Shown one piece after another: positions 49,182 through 62,200 of a stretch of DNA of 64,000 bases. The position numbers and the translations under genes were made by a program. The notes below the pieces were generated by a model. The model worked only from the letters and a program-made list of their open reading frames with translations, made no database searches and had not been told where the DNA came from. How positions within the stretch are numbered: the first letter of the stretch is position 1; each line of letters starts with the position of its first letter. The DNA lies in contig OY253672.1 of NCBI GenBank assembly GCA_958009085.1, positions 992,001 to 1,056,000 of the forward strand, read 5' to 3'. Origin of the DNA: Protoeuglena noctilucae (lineage: Eukaryota).

Positions 49182-51558
49182 ATGCTGCGCGCTGCGACGC
49201 GCGCGATGGCGTCCACGTGCGTGCAGTTCAGGCCCTGGCCACACCTGGGCAGGGCAGCCGCCACCCGTTCGCGCACTGTGGCGAACGCGAGCGGTGAAGG
49301 GAGGGGCGACCCGGTCGTGCAGACACGCCCGATGCGGCTGGACAGAGACAGGAGCAAGTCGAAACGAAAGGTCGCCGTGCACATGGGTAAGTGAGGGCAG
49401 CCCTCTGCCGGTGAGGGCCGGCAGGAGCCCAGCGTGGCTTCATCCAGACATCGGGCGGCTGCTGACGGGCTGAGACCGCAGGGTACGTCGGGACGGAATA
49501 CAAAGGGATGCAGCGGAACTACGACGGCGGGCAGGACAGCGCGGCCACGTCCATCGAGGGCGTCGTGGGCTCGGCGATGGGCGCCGGGGGGGGCATTTCC
49601 CCAGACAACCTCGTGAATTTGAACAAGGTGTGACGTGTCTCCGGCCCATCGACGTCGCGAGCAGTGCCTCCCTTCTTCCCTGCTCTTACAGCCGTGATGT
49701 TCTCGCCGCAGGTCGGGTGGTCGCGGTCGAGTCGCACCGACAAGGGCGTGCACTCGCTGTCGACGGTCGTGTCCCTGAAGCTCCTGGTGAAGCCTGAGTG
49801 GTTCGAGAGCGATCCCCAGGGACTGTCCGTCGCCGAAGAGATCAACCGGCACCTCCCTGGGTCCATACGGTGAGGCTGTGCATGGCGTGCCAGCAGCCAC
49901 GTGCGTGGCCACTCCTCCCAGGGCATGCCCGGCCCGAAGAAATGCCACGCGTTTTGTCCCCTCGCAGGGTCTTCTCGGTGCAGCGCGTGCAGAAGGGCTT
50001 CAGCGCCCGCATCGCCTGCGCCCGCCGCACCTACACGTACTACCTCCCCGCGTGGCTGCTGGTCCCGGGCGTGGCACGACGCCGTGCCAAGCGGGGAAGC
50101 GCTCGCGGCTGCCGTGGACCGCCTCCGGGTCGCCCTGCAGACCGTCCAGGGGCGCCACCCGTTCCACAACTTCACGCGCAGGTCCGTCTACCGTCGCAGC
50201 AAGCACATCTCCCGGAGAGGTGAGGCCGGGGTGGGGCCGCTGGGTCAACGCAGCTTCCTTTGCATATGTTTCCACTTTTACCTCGTGTCACGCACACCCC
50301 GTCTCACTCCACCTCCCCGGCTTCCCCAGCGGCACGCGCTGCCTTCAAGCAAGAATGTACGCGTCGTGACGGCGAGGAGGCGTCAACCGAACCGGAGAAG
50401 TCCGCCGCCTCGGAAGTGGCGAGTTTGGCGCATGCAAGTCACGATGCTGCCGGGTCGGAGGGGGTAGCAGGGCGTGGGGAGGGCGAGGGGGCGTGGATGG
50501 CGGGGGAGAGCGAGAGCGGGGAGGAGGAGGGCGAGAGTGGAGAAGAGGAGGGGAGCGAGGGGATGGACGGGGACGAGGAGAAGGGTGGCGGGGGTAGGAG
50601 CAGCCCGGGGGCTCGGCGGGGGTACTGGGAGCTTCTATGGCGGTGGGAGCCTGACGAGGGCGACTTGATATCGAGGAGTCACTACCGGATCGGTGCGTAG
50701 GTCGGGGTTGGCGCCCCCGGGCATTGACACCATGGGGTAGGCTCTCTGGCATTGTGACTCATGTGTTACGGTGAGCCCCCACCCGCAGTGGAGGGCACGT
50801 CGGTGGGCGAGCCGGGGGCGTTGGTGGATGGGGGCACCGTGGCAGTGCCTGTCACTTTCGTGGGCCAGTCGTTCATGCTCCATCAGATCCGCCACATGGT
50901 CGGCGCGGCGGTGGCAGTCGCGCGAGGCGTCCTCCCTCAGGAAGTGCTGACTGCGTCTCTGCGCCTCGAGTCACGCGTCACACGTGAGAGCGCGGGCTGA
51001 GCGAAGGGTCACGACCGTGTCATGAGGCCCATGATGAGCTGAGCTGAGCCGAGGGGCCGTGATTTGGTTTTGTCCAGAAGCGACGCGTGGGGAACGTGCC
51101 AATCCATGCCCGCAGTGCCACGTGCCCCGCCGCACACGCTGGTTCTCTCCGATTGCGACTTTTACGACTTCCACGTCACCCACGCCCCGCCCCCCGGGGA
51201 GCGCGGCCCCTCACCAAGCCCCGTCAACAGGTGGGCAACTGCGGATGCCTACGGATAGAATTCGACCCAGTCAGCATTTGGCGGCTTGCTAGTGCTGAGA
51301 CTGTTTTGACTAAGACCCATGACGGCCGGCGCCCATCGCAGGCTCACGGGTCCGAGGCTGCAGCTGCCCCCGGCCGGCCAGCTGCGGCGCGAGAGCTTCG
51401 AGGCGGAGACACTCCGTCCGGCGCTCGACTCCCTTCTGCACCACGAGGACTGGGCTGCCTTTGCCGTGACCCTCGAGCGATACCGCGACCAGCGCGAGGC
51501 CTACGAAGCGTTTCTTGCCGAGGAACGCGCAGCACGTGAAGCTGGGGTCAGTGGCTGA
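49182..51558 (+). CDS. tRNA pseudouridine synthase, TruA/PUS1 family (organelle-targeted)
   Basis: [59 protein letters not shown]. Confidence 0.93.
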
Positions 51559-51783
51559 GGAGTGGGCAGCAGCATCTGGGCGAGAAGGGCCGCAAGGGGT
51601 GCTGAAAGGAAAGGCTGGCGGTCCCGCCGGGGTCTGCCCTGCCAGATTTCGCATAAATCCGCGCAGATTTCTCTGATGTCGCAGCGTCGGGACATGCGGT
51701 TGAATTCGCAGGGCAGTTCCATCGTAGCAGCCTGCAGTCTTGCAGGTCGGGGCCACAGGCACGGCGTGCGCCCCGTGCGTCGC

Positions 51784-54098
51784 ATGTTTGGCCGCTTGCC
51801 GCGCTTCGCGGGATCGATGGTGGCGCGCGGCTCACGCATATCCGTTGATCACACGTGTCCCTTGCGATGGAGAGGCTTGCGGGCGACGGGGCGCGCCGGA
51901 TGGGCGCACTGGCCGCGATGCGGTTGCCTTGTCGAGCCCCTCCGCCGACACGCCGGGCGACCGTCGCCCACACTGGTCACACGTGCGGCAGGAACATCGT
52001 CCAGTAATGGATCGACCTCCACGGAAGCCCACCAGCGCTTGGCGCGCCACAGCGGGCTGTCAACATCGGGGTGCGTATCGACGTCGGCTCGAGGGCGCGA
52101 CATGGCGAGCGCGCCTATCGCAGAGCGTAACTTGGGGCCGTCACCAACCGCAGGGAGGACACCATCGTGGCTGTTGTGACTCAATCGGGCGCCGGGAGCG
52201 TGTCCATTCTGCGCATCTCCGGGGAGGAGGCAGTCCCCGTGGCGCGGAAGCTTTTCCGCCCCAGCCGGGATGCGCTTTCCGCAAGTGTCAAAGGAAGCAA
52301 ACCGCAGTGGGCCCCGCGTGCCGGTCGCGTGCACTACGGGCGCCTGGTGGATGGCAATGGGCGCATGGTTGACGAGGTCCTGCTACTCTTCATGCGCGCG
52401 CCGCGCTCTTACACTTGCGAGGACGTCGTGGAGCTCCACTGTCACGGAGGCCAAGTGGTGAGCCTTGGGGCTGCGAGGAAACGTGGGGCCAGGCGTCTGC
52501 GTGGGATCACAACCAATTCCAATGCACGTGACTGGTCGCAGACGGTGCAGCGCGTGCTGCAGGCCTGCTTATCGGCGGGCTGCCGCCTGGCGCGGCCAGG
52601 GGAGTTCACGCTGCGGGCCTTCCTGAACGGCCGACTGGACTTGGCTCAGGCTGAGGCGGTGCAGCAGCTCATCAGCGCGCGCACTGTCGCAGCGGCCGAC
52701 AGCGCCCTGGCCGGCCTCAACAGCGGGGTGGGCGACGTTGTGCAGGAGCTCCGGTGGGTGGGCTGCCTGCCATGGGGCTTGGCGGGCGTGGAGGTGCAGC
52801 TGCGTTCATGAGTGTACGCACAGACTGCGCTCATGTTTCGCAGGATGGAGGTGCTGGACATGGTGGCGGAGTTGGAAGCCCGGTTGGACTTTGAAGAAGA
52901 CCTGCCGGCCTTTCGCCAGGGCGAGTTCGTCGCTCGTCTCGCACGGATCGAGGACGCGGTCCGGGCGGCCCTGGCGACGGCGCAGCTGGGGCAGCTCATG
53001 GACAAGGGCCTGCAGGTGAGAGCGCGTTGCAAGTGAAATGGCAGGAGATGGGGGCCGCATGCGCAGACTGGCCCCTGTGTGTGCGGCTTGCCCTCTCTCC
53101 GGTCGCCACTGGCCGTGGGATGGCATGGGGTTGTTGGCACTCCGCAGGTGGCCATCCTCGGGCGCCCGAACGTGGGCAAGAGCTCTCTGATGAACCGCTG
53201 GACCAACACCGACCGCGCCATTGTCACCGACATTGCGGGGACGACGCGGGACATCGTGGAGGGGGCCCTGTCGGTGGGCGGCGTGCCCGTGACCCTGCTG
53301 GACACGGCCGGCATCCGCTCCACGGCAGACGCGGTCGAGACGATCGGCGTGGAGCGCGCGCGCCGTGCGGCACGGGACGCGGACCTCGTCTTGTGGGTCG
53401 TCAACGCTGCCGAGGGGGTCACCGACGACGATTTCGAGGTGCTGCGGTCCATTCGAGGGGCGGGCGGGGCCGCGCCGGGCCCGGGCTCCACTGGGGGCGC
53501 AGCACGGGCCGCACGAGCGCCCGTCGTGCTGGGAGTGGCCAACAAGGTGGACCTCGCGCCGGACTTCTCCGTCGATCGGATCCCCGCTGAGGCCGCCGCG
53601 GGGTGCCAGGTAGGCGATGGTCCGGGCAAGCGGCTGTGCGTGGTCTCTTCAGCTCAGCCATGTGACGGAGGCTGGACGTTGGATGCTCGCAGGGGTTCGT
53701 CGCCATCTCCGCGATGACGGGGTTTGGCATCAAGCAGCTAGACGACAAAATTTTGGAGATGGTGGGGGCGCCCGGCATGGCTGCTGGAGGCGTTGGGTGG
53801 GCCGTGAACGCGCGGCAAGCGGAGGCCCTCACGCGGGCGGCTGAGGTGCGCATCGCGCCGGAGCGACAAGCAGCGGCTCCGCAGTCGACTGTCGCCACTC
53901 TGCCAGCGGGATCCTTGCCATGACGTCTGCCTGCAGGCGCTGGAGAGGGTACAAGAGAGCGTGACGGAGGAGCTGCCGGAGGACTTCTGGACCGTGGACC
54001 TCCGCGACTGTCTCGTGGCCTTGGGGGAGATCACGGGCGATGATGTCACGGAGGAGGTTCTCGACAGCATTTTTAGCCGCTTCTGCATTGGGAAGTGA
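51784..54098 (+). CDS. mnmE: tRNA modification GTPase MnmE/TrmE; start approximate
   Basis: [74 protein letters not shown]. Confidence 0.96.
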
Positions 54099-54360
54099 AG
54101 AAATGTGCTGCAGCCCCTGCCTGAATCTCCAGCGCCGGCAGTACAGTAGCAACGGGCCCAGTCGCGCTTCCTGCATTTATGGCGTGGCGCGGGTAGGTTG
54201 GTGAAGTCTTGGGTTCAGTTCACGAGGAGCGGGAGACGAAAGGGCGCTGTGCCACAGGCATCGCCCCAGGGCGTCGCGCAATCTTGTTGAGCAGTGTCCC
54301 TGGAGCAAAATTGCGACATCTATCTAATCTTATCCACCCACTTGTTGCGGACACGTCACC

Positions 54361-55355
54361 ATGAGCGGAGACAGGTGCATGCAGCTGGCCTCCAGTCCGC
54401 AGCGCGCACCCGAGCCCGCGATCGGACTTCCCCCATCATGATGAGGATCTCATTTGTATCTTTTTAGCTCTGCGAGCCTTGGTCTTTAAAACCATGCCCT
54501 CTGCCACGAGCTCTTCGAAAGCCTTCGTTTGGGACCCGCCGTCATGAGCTACTGGGGATCCCTGGGGTCCCATCGTTTGCACCAACACGTTTCGTTTTAC
54601 ATACAATGCTGCAGCATGTCAAAAGCGAATCCGCGCGCAGCCGGGTTTTGCTGACCTGGCGGGCATTAAGAGGTCACCCATTGGCCTCGATCCTTTTGGT
54701 TGATGAAGGCCCTAGCACTAAGTTGACCACGCCACGATCCCTCTCACTACCTGCAGAGCACCTCAACCGCGCGGGGATGCACGGAGGGCTGGCCAAACGA
54801 CAACACGGTCCGGAGTGGAAGTTGTTTTACTAAATGTTGGGCATTTGCTCAATGTCATCTTCGTCCCGCTCGGCGCCACTGGGCTCGCTGCAGGCGGGCT
54901 GGATTCAGACCTCAAGTATGGTGCCAGCAGCGTGGCGCGACTGGTGGTGTCTTCCGTGTATGGTTCCATAGCTGTCATGAGCCTTGTCGCCCTCATCCTG
55001 CAACGGGAGGCGCTGGAGAGTGTGGCGTTCACGCTCTTCCCCTTCCAGCTTTTATACAAGGCGAGGGCAGGGCATGGGATTGTCGCTTGACGTGGTGGCT
55101 ACCGCCACATGCCCATGAGCACCTCGTGCCGTCCCTCACCGGCAGGTGTTCCTGCATATCCTGCTGCTGTACGACACACAAGTCCCAGAGATCCAAAAGA
55201 GTCAATTCAAGGGCATGCTTTTCTTCACAACGGCCACGTCCGTATTCCAGGTCGGTGCCACGCTCATCATGTTCTTGAGAAGGATGCGAGGCGGTGCTCG
55301 GGATACGCTGGCCTCGCGATCCAAGGGTGTGCTGGCGAGGCGGCACGACAAGTGA
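54361..55355 (+). CDS. Hypothetical ~4-TM membrane protein (exons 54361-54374, 54757-55060, 55146-55355)
   Basis: Phase-consistent splicing; hydrophobic helices VVLLNVGHLLNVIFVPL, LVVSSVYGSIAVMSLVALIL, VAFTLFPFQLLYKVFLHILLL, MLFFTTATSVFQVGATLIMFL. Confidence 0.6.
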
Positions 55356-55479
55356 ACAGCAAGAATAATAACAATAACTGCGCAGTGGACGGCGAGCAAC
55401 GCCCTCCAACTGGCCCAGGCACTTTGACCTAGCGTAGCTCTGACTTGGCCTGTGGCGATCTAGCATAGACGCTTTCCCT

Positions 55480-57145
55480 TCACCCGCGCTCCAAGCTCCC
55501 CAGGACGCTCAGGAATGCCCCCCTGTCGATGAAAGGGTAGTCCGCCAGCCACACGCGCGACTGAGGCAAGTAGACGTCCTTGACAGCACTGCAGGGGAGG
55601 CCCCGCCACAGTGTCCGCCGCCAGCCACCGCCACTCCCCCGCAGCTCCCACAACCGTGCACCCCCCGCACCTGAACCGCTTCATGCTCGGCGTCGACGAC
55701 ACCACCAGGAGCAGCGCTGGCTCGCCCGCGCGGAGGCGGTCGTACGCCCGTCGCATCGGCACCTCCACCTCCGCCTCAGCCCCTGCGTCGTCCCCCACCA
55801 CCACGCGCAGGGACGCAGCCCGGGTCCACCCGCCCCTCCCGCCACGGGGCGGCGTCTCGCTCGGCCAATCGATTTCCAACACGCGCGCGCGCCACAGCCC
55901 CACGTGTGGAGCCTTCTTCTGCGAACACACATGGGATCAGCATGACGACTTCACTCATCGCTGCAACAGCGGCGCACGCTGGGCATGTGAGACTCACCAC
56001 GGACAGGTTGCGCGCGGCCGCCTGGGCCCAGGGCGACCAGAGCGGGAAGGTCGCTGCCGTGGCTGCCAGCAGCACCACTTTCGAAAGGATGATGGCCGCC
56101 GCCAGGCTCGCCCCGACCCTCTGCACGTTGTCTTCCAGCGCTTTGGTGTAGAACTTAACCTGCGGGGGTCGCCGGGTCGTTGGTCGCTCGTATGTGGCGC
56201 TTCCCACCAGCCCCGGCACGCCAACAGGGTTGCTGCCTCGCCTGGGTGCCGAGGGGCGCGAGCGGCAGCACCAGGTCCGCTTCCTCTCGCGTCAGCAGCT
56301 CGATGTCGCACACCGCCCCCGCCTGCCGCTCCGCCTGTGGCCGAGGAAGTGCAGAGCTGCCCGCATCCGCCCACGCCCCTGTGCCGGTGTCCCATCCGCT
56401 GCCAGACCCAGCCTCGCCCGTATCCGCCCATGTATCGGCGTCGAAGTCCGCACGAAATCCCGACTCGCGTCGGCGGGCCGGGCTCCCGCGGCTCCTGCGT
56501 CCCTTCCCACCCAGTGCGCCCTTGTCCCTGCGCCGGAGGGCCGTGGCGCAGCTCGAACGCGGCCAGTCGGCAGACATAGACACAAGTGCTCCGCGGTCGG
56601 CGCTCACCCGAGAAAATCATCGTCGAACGCTTCAAATTCCCTCGAGAAAGTGCTGTCGTCCAGTGTGGCTGGAAACGCGGGGCCTGCCGCGCCCCGCGGG
56701 CTCGCTCCACGAGCTCCTCCTGTCCCTCTACCACCTTGCCGCGTGCCTCTGGAACCCCGCTCGCGCCCCGGCGCATCGCCGCCCTTCATGGGTGCGCCCC
56801 AGGACGCCCAACCATCCGCACCCTGCCTTGCCTGGAATCGAAGACGATTACGATGTCACGCAAGCGGAGCGCAGGCTGGTGGCCCCATACGACGAGCGGC
56901 CGCGCGCGGAGGGTGCCAAGAGGCACTGCGACGCGCACCTGGCCGCCCCAGCCGAGGTCCGCGTTCTCGGAGCTAGCCTTCGAGGAGCGCGATCGTGTCG
57001 GGGGTGAGAGAAGGCGGGACGAGAGCCGCGAGAGCCAGGCGCGCCCTTGACGCCAAGCCAGAGGGTGGCGGAATGGACGTGGCTGCCCCACGCAAACGTG
57101 GCCGGCGTGAACGGTGTGCGGCGCCAGGAATGGCGACATTGGCAT
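55480..57145 (-). CDS. Conserved cyanobacterial/plastid-type membrane protein of unknown function with probable transit peptide
   Basis: FPLWSPWAQAAARNL..GLWRARVL..VVGDDAG..LLVVSS..DVYLPQSRVWLADYPFIDRGAF resembles a recalled cyanobacterial family. Confidence 0.65.
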
Positions 57146-57418
57146 CTGTGCGCCCAACTGCTGCTGCCGCACCCGGTCAGGTGTTTCAAGGGTGAGGGAA
57201 AAGTGCAGTCTGGGTTGGGCGGGTGGCAAGTGCACAGAACGGCTGCACACGCGCTCGCCACCCAGGCACCGGTTTCGGAAACGGAACTGGTAAGTTTTCT
57301 CGGACCTGATTCACGATAAATCCGTTGGCTGGCACCCAGTTGAGCTCTGACGTACCCCTGCTGGCGGTCCCACTCACGCGAGATAGGGTTGCTACCTTGC
57401 AGGCTCTCTGGCAACTAG

Positions 57419-58816
57419 CTACCTTGTCAGTTTTTGAACCACGTGCGAGGCCAGGGCCATGCAGGACGTGAGACCGGGGCTCTCGATGCCGTAGAGGCAC
57501 ACGAGAGACGCGCCGCCGTGGTCCTCTGGCCCATGGATGCAGAAATCCACAAAGCCCTCCCCCGGCCCAGCCACCTTGGGACGCGCGCCGCTGAACTCCG
57601 GCAAGAGGTCCTCGGATTCCACCCCAGGGAAGTAGCCCCGTACGGCATGCCGGAAGCGATCAACGTGGGAAGGGTCCACGGCATAGGACAGCGCGTCCGG
57701 CTCCGTCCCGGCTGGCAGCCACTCCACGCTGGGCCCGAAGCGAGCCCCGCCCCTGACGTCGACGGTGTAGTGGATGCCCAGGCCACCGTCCTCAGGCATC
57801 GGATGCACCAGGCGAGAGAAGGGCCGCCTGCCGGTGGGGAGGGCAAAGTACGCGCCCTTGGCCATCCACCGGGGAGGCAGGCGGGACGGCTCCACGCCCA
57901 GGGCACATGAGACGTCGCGCGCATGCAGGCCCGCGGCGTTCACGACCGTCTTGCACCGGAGCGTCGTCTTGGTGGTGCCCTCTGCGAAGGCGCCAGCTGT
58001 TGCATGTTATGGCTTGCATGACAGGCACGGGAAACACGCTGCGCCACCCCTCTTGGCACCTTCCACGTCGACACGGATGCCCCCGGCCCCCGTCACGTCT
58101 CCGCCCGTCACTCGCGCCCCAAGAGCGACCGTCATGCCCCGCTCCTCCGCGTCACGCCGGAAACTCTCCATCAACGCCCGCACGCTCAGCACCCCAGTGG
58201 ACGGCGAGAGCACTGCCGCGTCGCATCTCAGCTCCGGTTCCATGCTCACCACGTCCGCCCTCGTCAACGGGACGAGATCAGTCACCCCGTTGCGCTCCGC
58301 GCACCTCCTCACGTCTTCCAGCTTGGCCAGCTGGGACGCCCCGCTCGCCACCAGGACCTTGCCCAGCCGCATGTGTGGGAGACCCCGCTCCGCCAGGTAG
58401 CCGTACAGCATGTGCTTCCCCTCGACGCAGAGCCTGGCCTTTAACGAGCCAGGCCGGTAATACAAGCCCGCATGGATCACCTGCGCGACAGAGGGACGGC
58501 GAGGCGTGGTGTCTCTATGGGAGTGCTAGCTTTAGCCGCAGGGAGAGGCATGCACGGCTCGCCTCTGAGTTCCTGCCGCTCGTTCCAACGCCGATGTCGG
58601 TGCCCCTCTCAAGTACCAGGACCTTGCGGTCGGCGAGCGCCAGCTCTCGCGCGATAGCGAGCCTGCGGATGTCCAGCTATAAGTCGGACCGGGCAGCTGC
58701 GCGACACTTCCTTGCGAGCGCGCGGCTCACCCTACGACTCCAGCTCCAATCACCACCGCATCGCACAGCTCTGCGCTCCCCCATCGGGTCGCAGCGGCTT
58801 GAAAAGCCCGCTGCAT
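57419..58816 (-). CDS. L2HGDH: L-2-hydroxyglutarate dehydrogenase (LhgO family FAD oxidoreductase)
   Basis: AVVIGAGVVGLAIAR, TSGRNSE|VIHAGLYY..SLKARLCVEG, VNAAGL, GLGIHYT, GIESPGLTS. Confidence 0.93.
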
Positions 58817-59214
58817 GGACGCCGCTCTGTTACGCCCTCCCCGACATCGCAAATGCGTGAAAAGGACACTCGCTGCTATGCGCGCAATGTGGTTGGAGCA
58901 GGAAGGCATCGCATGCCGTCGAGAGGCGAGGATCCTGATGCGCTGTCCTGGCGCATGGACTGACAGCCGGCGTGGCCGACCGCGCGCTCGATACATAGCG
59001 GCGAGGCCTAGAGGAGCATGTAAACAGATGCGCGGACGGTGATATCGCGGAGTATACCCTGCATTCGCTGCGAATCTGCCCCTCTTTGCCGCTCGCTCCT
59101 TGGCGCACCGCCCCGCTCCCGTGCGCCCTCGCTGCGCACTCCAGCAGCGGCAGCTCGCAGCTGTCGTTCGTGTGAAGCAGCGGGCGCCCCCCGTGGTCGC
59201 GAGCACGTTCGGCC

Positions 59215-62200
59215 ATGGGGGGACAGGGAGGGAACGGCGGGGCGCACACCACGGCGATGGCCGCTCTCGCAGTGGTGACGCTGACGTCCTTCGGGCTCGC
59301 TGGGTTCATGTTCTACACGTACCGCAGCCAGCAGAGGCAGCTGCAGGAGTTGCTCCGGAGCAAGGCGCGTATTGCTTGGCTCTGCGACTCCCTAGCTGGC
59401 CCGCGCCGGCCGGCCGACTCGGACGAGGAGCATGTCATGCGATCGCGATGAACACTTTCTTTACTTAAAGCCGCCTTGCGCTCCGCCACGCCCGGCGCAG
59501 GACGAGGATTCCCAGCCCCGAGCATCGGGCGGTCGCCGCGCCGGCAAGAGCCACCGCCGGGACTCGCATCGGCCGGAGCGGCGCAAGGAGCGCAACTCCT
59601 ATGGCAATCACTCGGTCAACGGCACCATCCAGGAGGAGAGCGAGGCGGAGATCGCCGACGCGATGGACGCGTTCTCGCGCCCCGATGACAACCTCCTGGA
59701 GCGGTCGCGGCTGCAGCGCGAGGAGTTCATCGCCGATAAGGCCAGTTCGGTGAGCACGCGCGTGTTCAAGCGCGCGACGCGCGGACGCCGGCGACGCGGC
59801 CCGGAGTGCAGCTGGAGCCTTGCAGGGTGGTCCCTTGCGAGAAGCCTTGCAGCGCCCTTGCGACCCGCCCGCTGGCCCCTTCTGCACCCTCAGATGGTCA
59901 CCACCCGCATGCAGCCCTCCGAGGACGAGCGTGGCATGTTCACGCCCCCGACCGTGTCTGGCGCCGCCCACCGTCCCAGAGAAGCGTCGGCAGAGGAAGG
60001 GCCCATGAGGTGACGACGCATGCCACCCTGCAAACACTCACCTTCCCTGCTGCGAGGGCCACGACGTCAACACTCTTCCCTGCCCCTTCCGCTCCCCACG
60101 TGAGATGGGATACCATAGCGCTCGCACACGCCGCTCCGCCCACCCTTTCCATCGCCCCTCTCCCCGCAGCGCGGGCAGCGGTCCCCAGGCAGTGACGGGC
60201 GGTCGCGAGGGGGTCTTCAAGGTGCCCATGTCGTCTGTCGTCACGGGTGGCCGCCCTTCCCGGTCGCCGATGTCTGAGGGGGCGCCTGGGTCATCGGGGC
60301 TGCCTGGTTCGGGGTCGGGGCCCATGGCGATGGCGAATGGGTCCATGCCGATGCGCAGCAAGGCGATGGCCATCCCGGTGCCCCCCGCCACCTCCTCCAC
60401 CAAGCACCTCCCCGCCAGCTTCAAAGCCCAGCGGTGCGGGGCGCGGTCCATGCCTCTTGCGCTCCCACGGCCCATGCTGCATGTCCGGCAATTCTTGGTC
60501 ACTTCCCCATGCGCTGCTTGTATTGTCGCCTCATTGGCTGACTGCCGCCTGTTTACCGCCCATGTGGCCCTACTCGTGATGCCGTCTCGCTTGCCGCTCG
60601 CCACCCCCGATCTCGCCTCCTCGCTCACCCTCCCGCCTCCCGCCCGCCTCGTCGCAGGGCCGTGCAGCTGTTGGAGGAGGCCCAGCAGGTGTCGGTGTCC
60701 CCTCGCACGCTGATGGAGAGCGAGTATGCGCGTCTCATTGCCCCTGAGCTGGACCTGACAGACGAGCAGCAGGAAGTCAGCGCCATGCTGGTGGAGGGTG
60801 AGAGAGGACGTTAGCAGGACGTTACGAGGCTGCGCAGGGGTGCAGGGCAATGGAGGGAGGGGACAGGACTGTCCACTCCCACTCTCACTCTCCCCATCTC
60901 TGCAGCCCTCCAGATGCGCGACCGCTACCTCTTCAAGCCCGCCGTGCCCCTCCACGAGCGCCCGGAGATGTCCCGGGACTGCGCGACGCTGAAGGAGGCC
61001 ATCGGGGAGGACCCTTTTGAATGGAGGCCGGAGCAGGCCATGCCGTGGACCTACGAGTTCGTCGACGGCGTCATGGTGGTGTACGACGGGCCGGACAAGG
61101 TGCGTGGCTGGTTGCTGATAGCCGCTTGTGGTAGCGTGTATGACGGGTTAGGTAAGGTGAGGGCTACTGGGAGTAAACGATAGCAGTGCTTGTGCCCCGC
61201 ACTCCTTTGCGCCCCGCTCTCACCACACAAGCCGTGACGGCCCATCCCCGCACCGCCACCGCCGCCCCTCCCCCCCCGCAGGCCAGCCGCTTATTCGCCC
61301 CCCCCGCGGACCCCCGTGAGTTCTTCACCGACTTCCAGGCACTGCTGAAGATGACGTCCAGCGGCCCCGTCAAGACCTTCTGCCACCACCGGTGCGTCAT
61401 GCGTGTCGCGTGATGCGTGGGGGGGTGTGTGACGGACGGGTGATGTGTGATATGTGACGTATACATGGGACGCGGTGGGTTGGTATTGAGTGGACTAGCG
61501 AGTGGAGTGGGTAGCAAGTGGGATGGTTGGTGCGCGCATGGGGTGGGTAGCAAGTGGGGTAGCCACGACCTGACCCCTCCCCCCCATCTAACAGGCTGTT
61601 GCTCCTGGAGCAGAAGTTCAACCTTCACCTGATGCTCAACGCGGAGAAGGAGTTCCAGGCCCAGCGCGTGGCCCCTCATCGTGACTTCTACAACGTCCGC
61701 AAGGTCGACACCCACATCCACCACTCGGCGGGGATGCACCAGAAACACCTGCTGAGGTTCATCAAGTCCAAGGCGAGGGGAGGGGAGAGGGGGGGAAAAG
61801 GGGGTGTTTTTGCAGCTGGTGGTGGCACTGGCGATGGGCGCTGTTGTTATGTTGCCTCGCACACAAGTCCTCCCACTCGTCATTGTTCACAACTCACTTG
61901 TCACCCCACACCCCACACCTCCGCACCCCTCACCCCTCACCCCTCACCCCATACCCCCACACCCACACCCCCCCTTACAGCTCAAGAAGGAGCCGGACGA
62001 GGTGGTCATCTTCCGCGACGGCAAGTACCTGACCCTGAAGGAGGTCTTTGAGTCCTTGAAACTCAGCGCCTACGACCTCAACATCGATCTCATGGACATG
62101 CACGCGGACAAGAGCACGTTCCATCGATTCGACAAGTTCAACTCCAAGTACAACCCCTGCGGCCAGTCGCGGCTGAGGGAGATCTTCATTAAGCAGGACA

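Noticed and set aside
49182..54098. Adjacent tRNA-modification genes (PUS, MnmE) as an operon or bacterial contig
   Set aside because: Both contain spliceosomal introns and targeting leaders; adjacency is plausibly chance
59251..59325. N-terminal TM on AMP deaminase as a novelty
   Set aside because: Known feature of plant-type AMPD (Arabidopsis FAC1)
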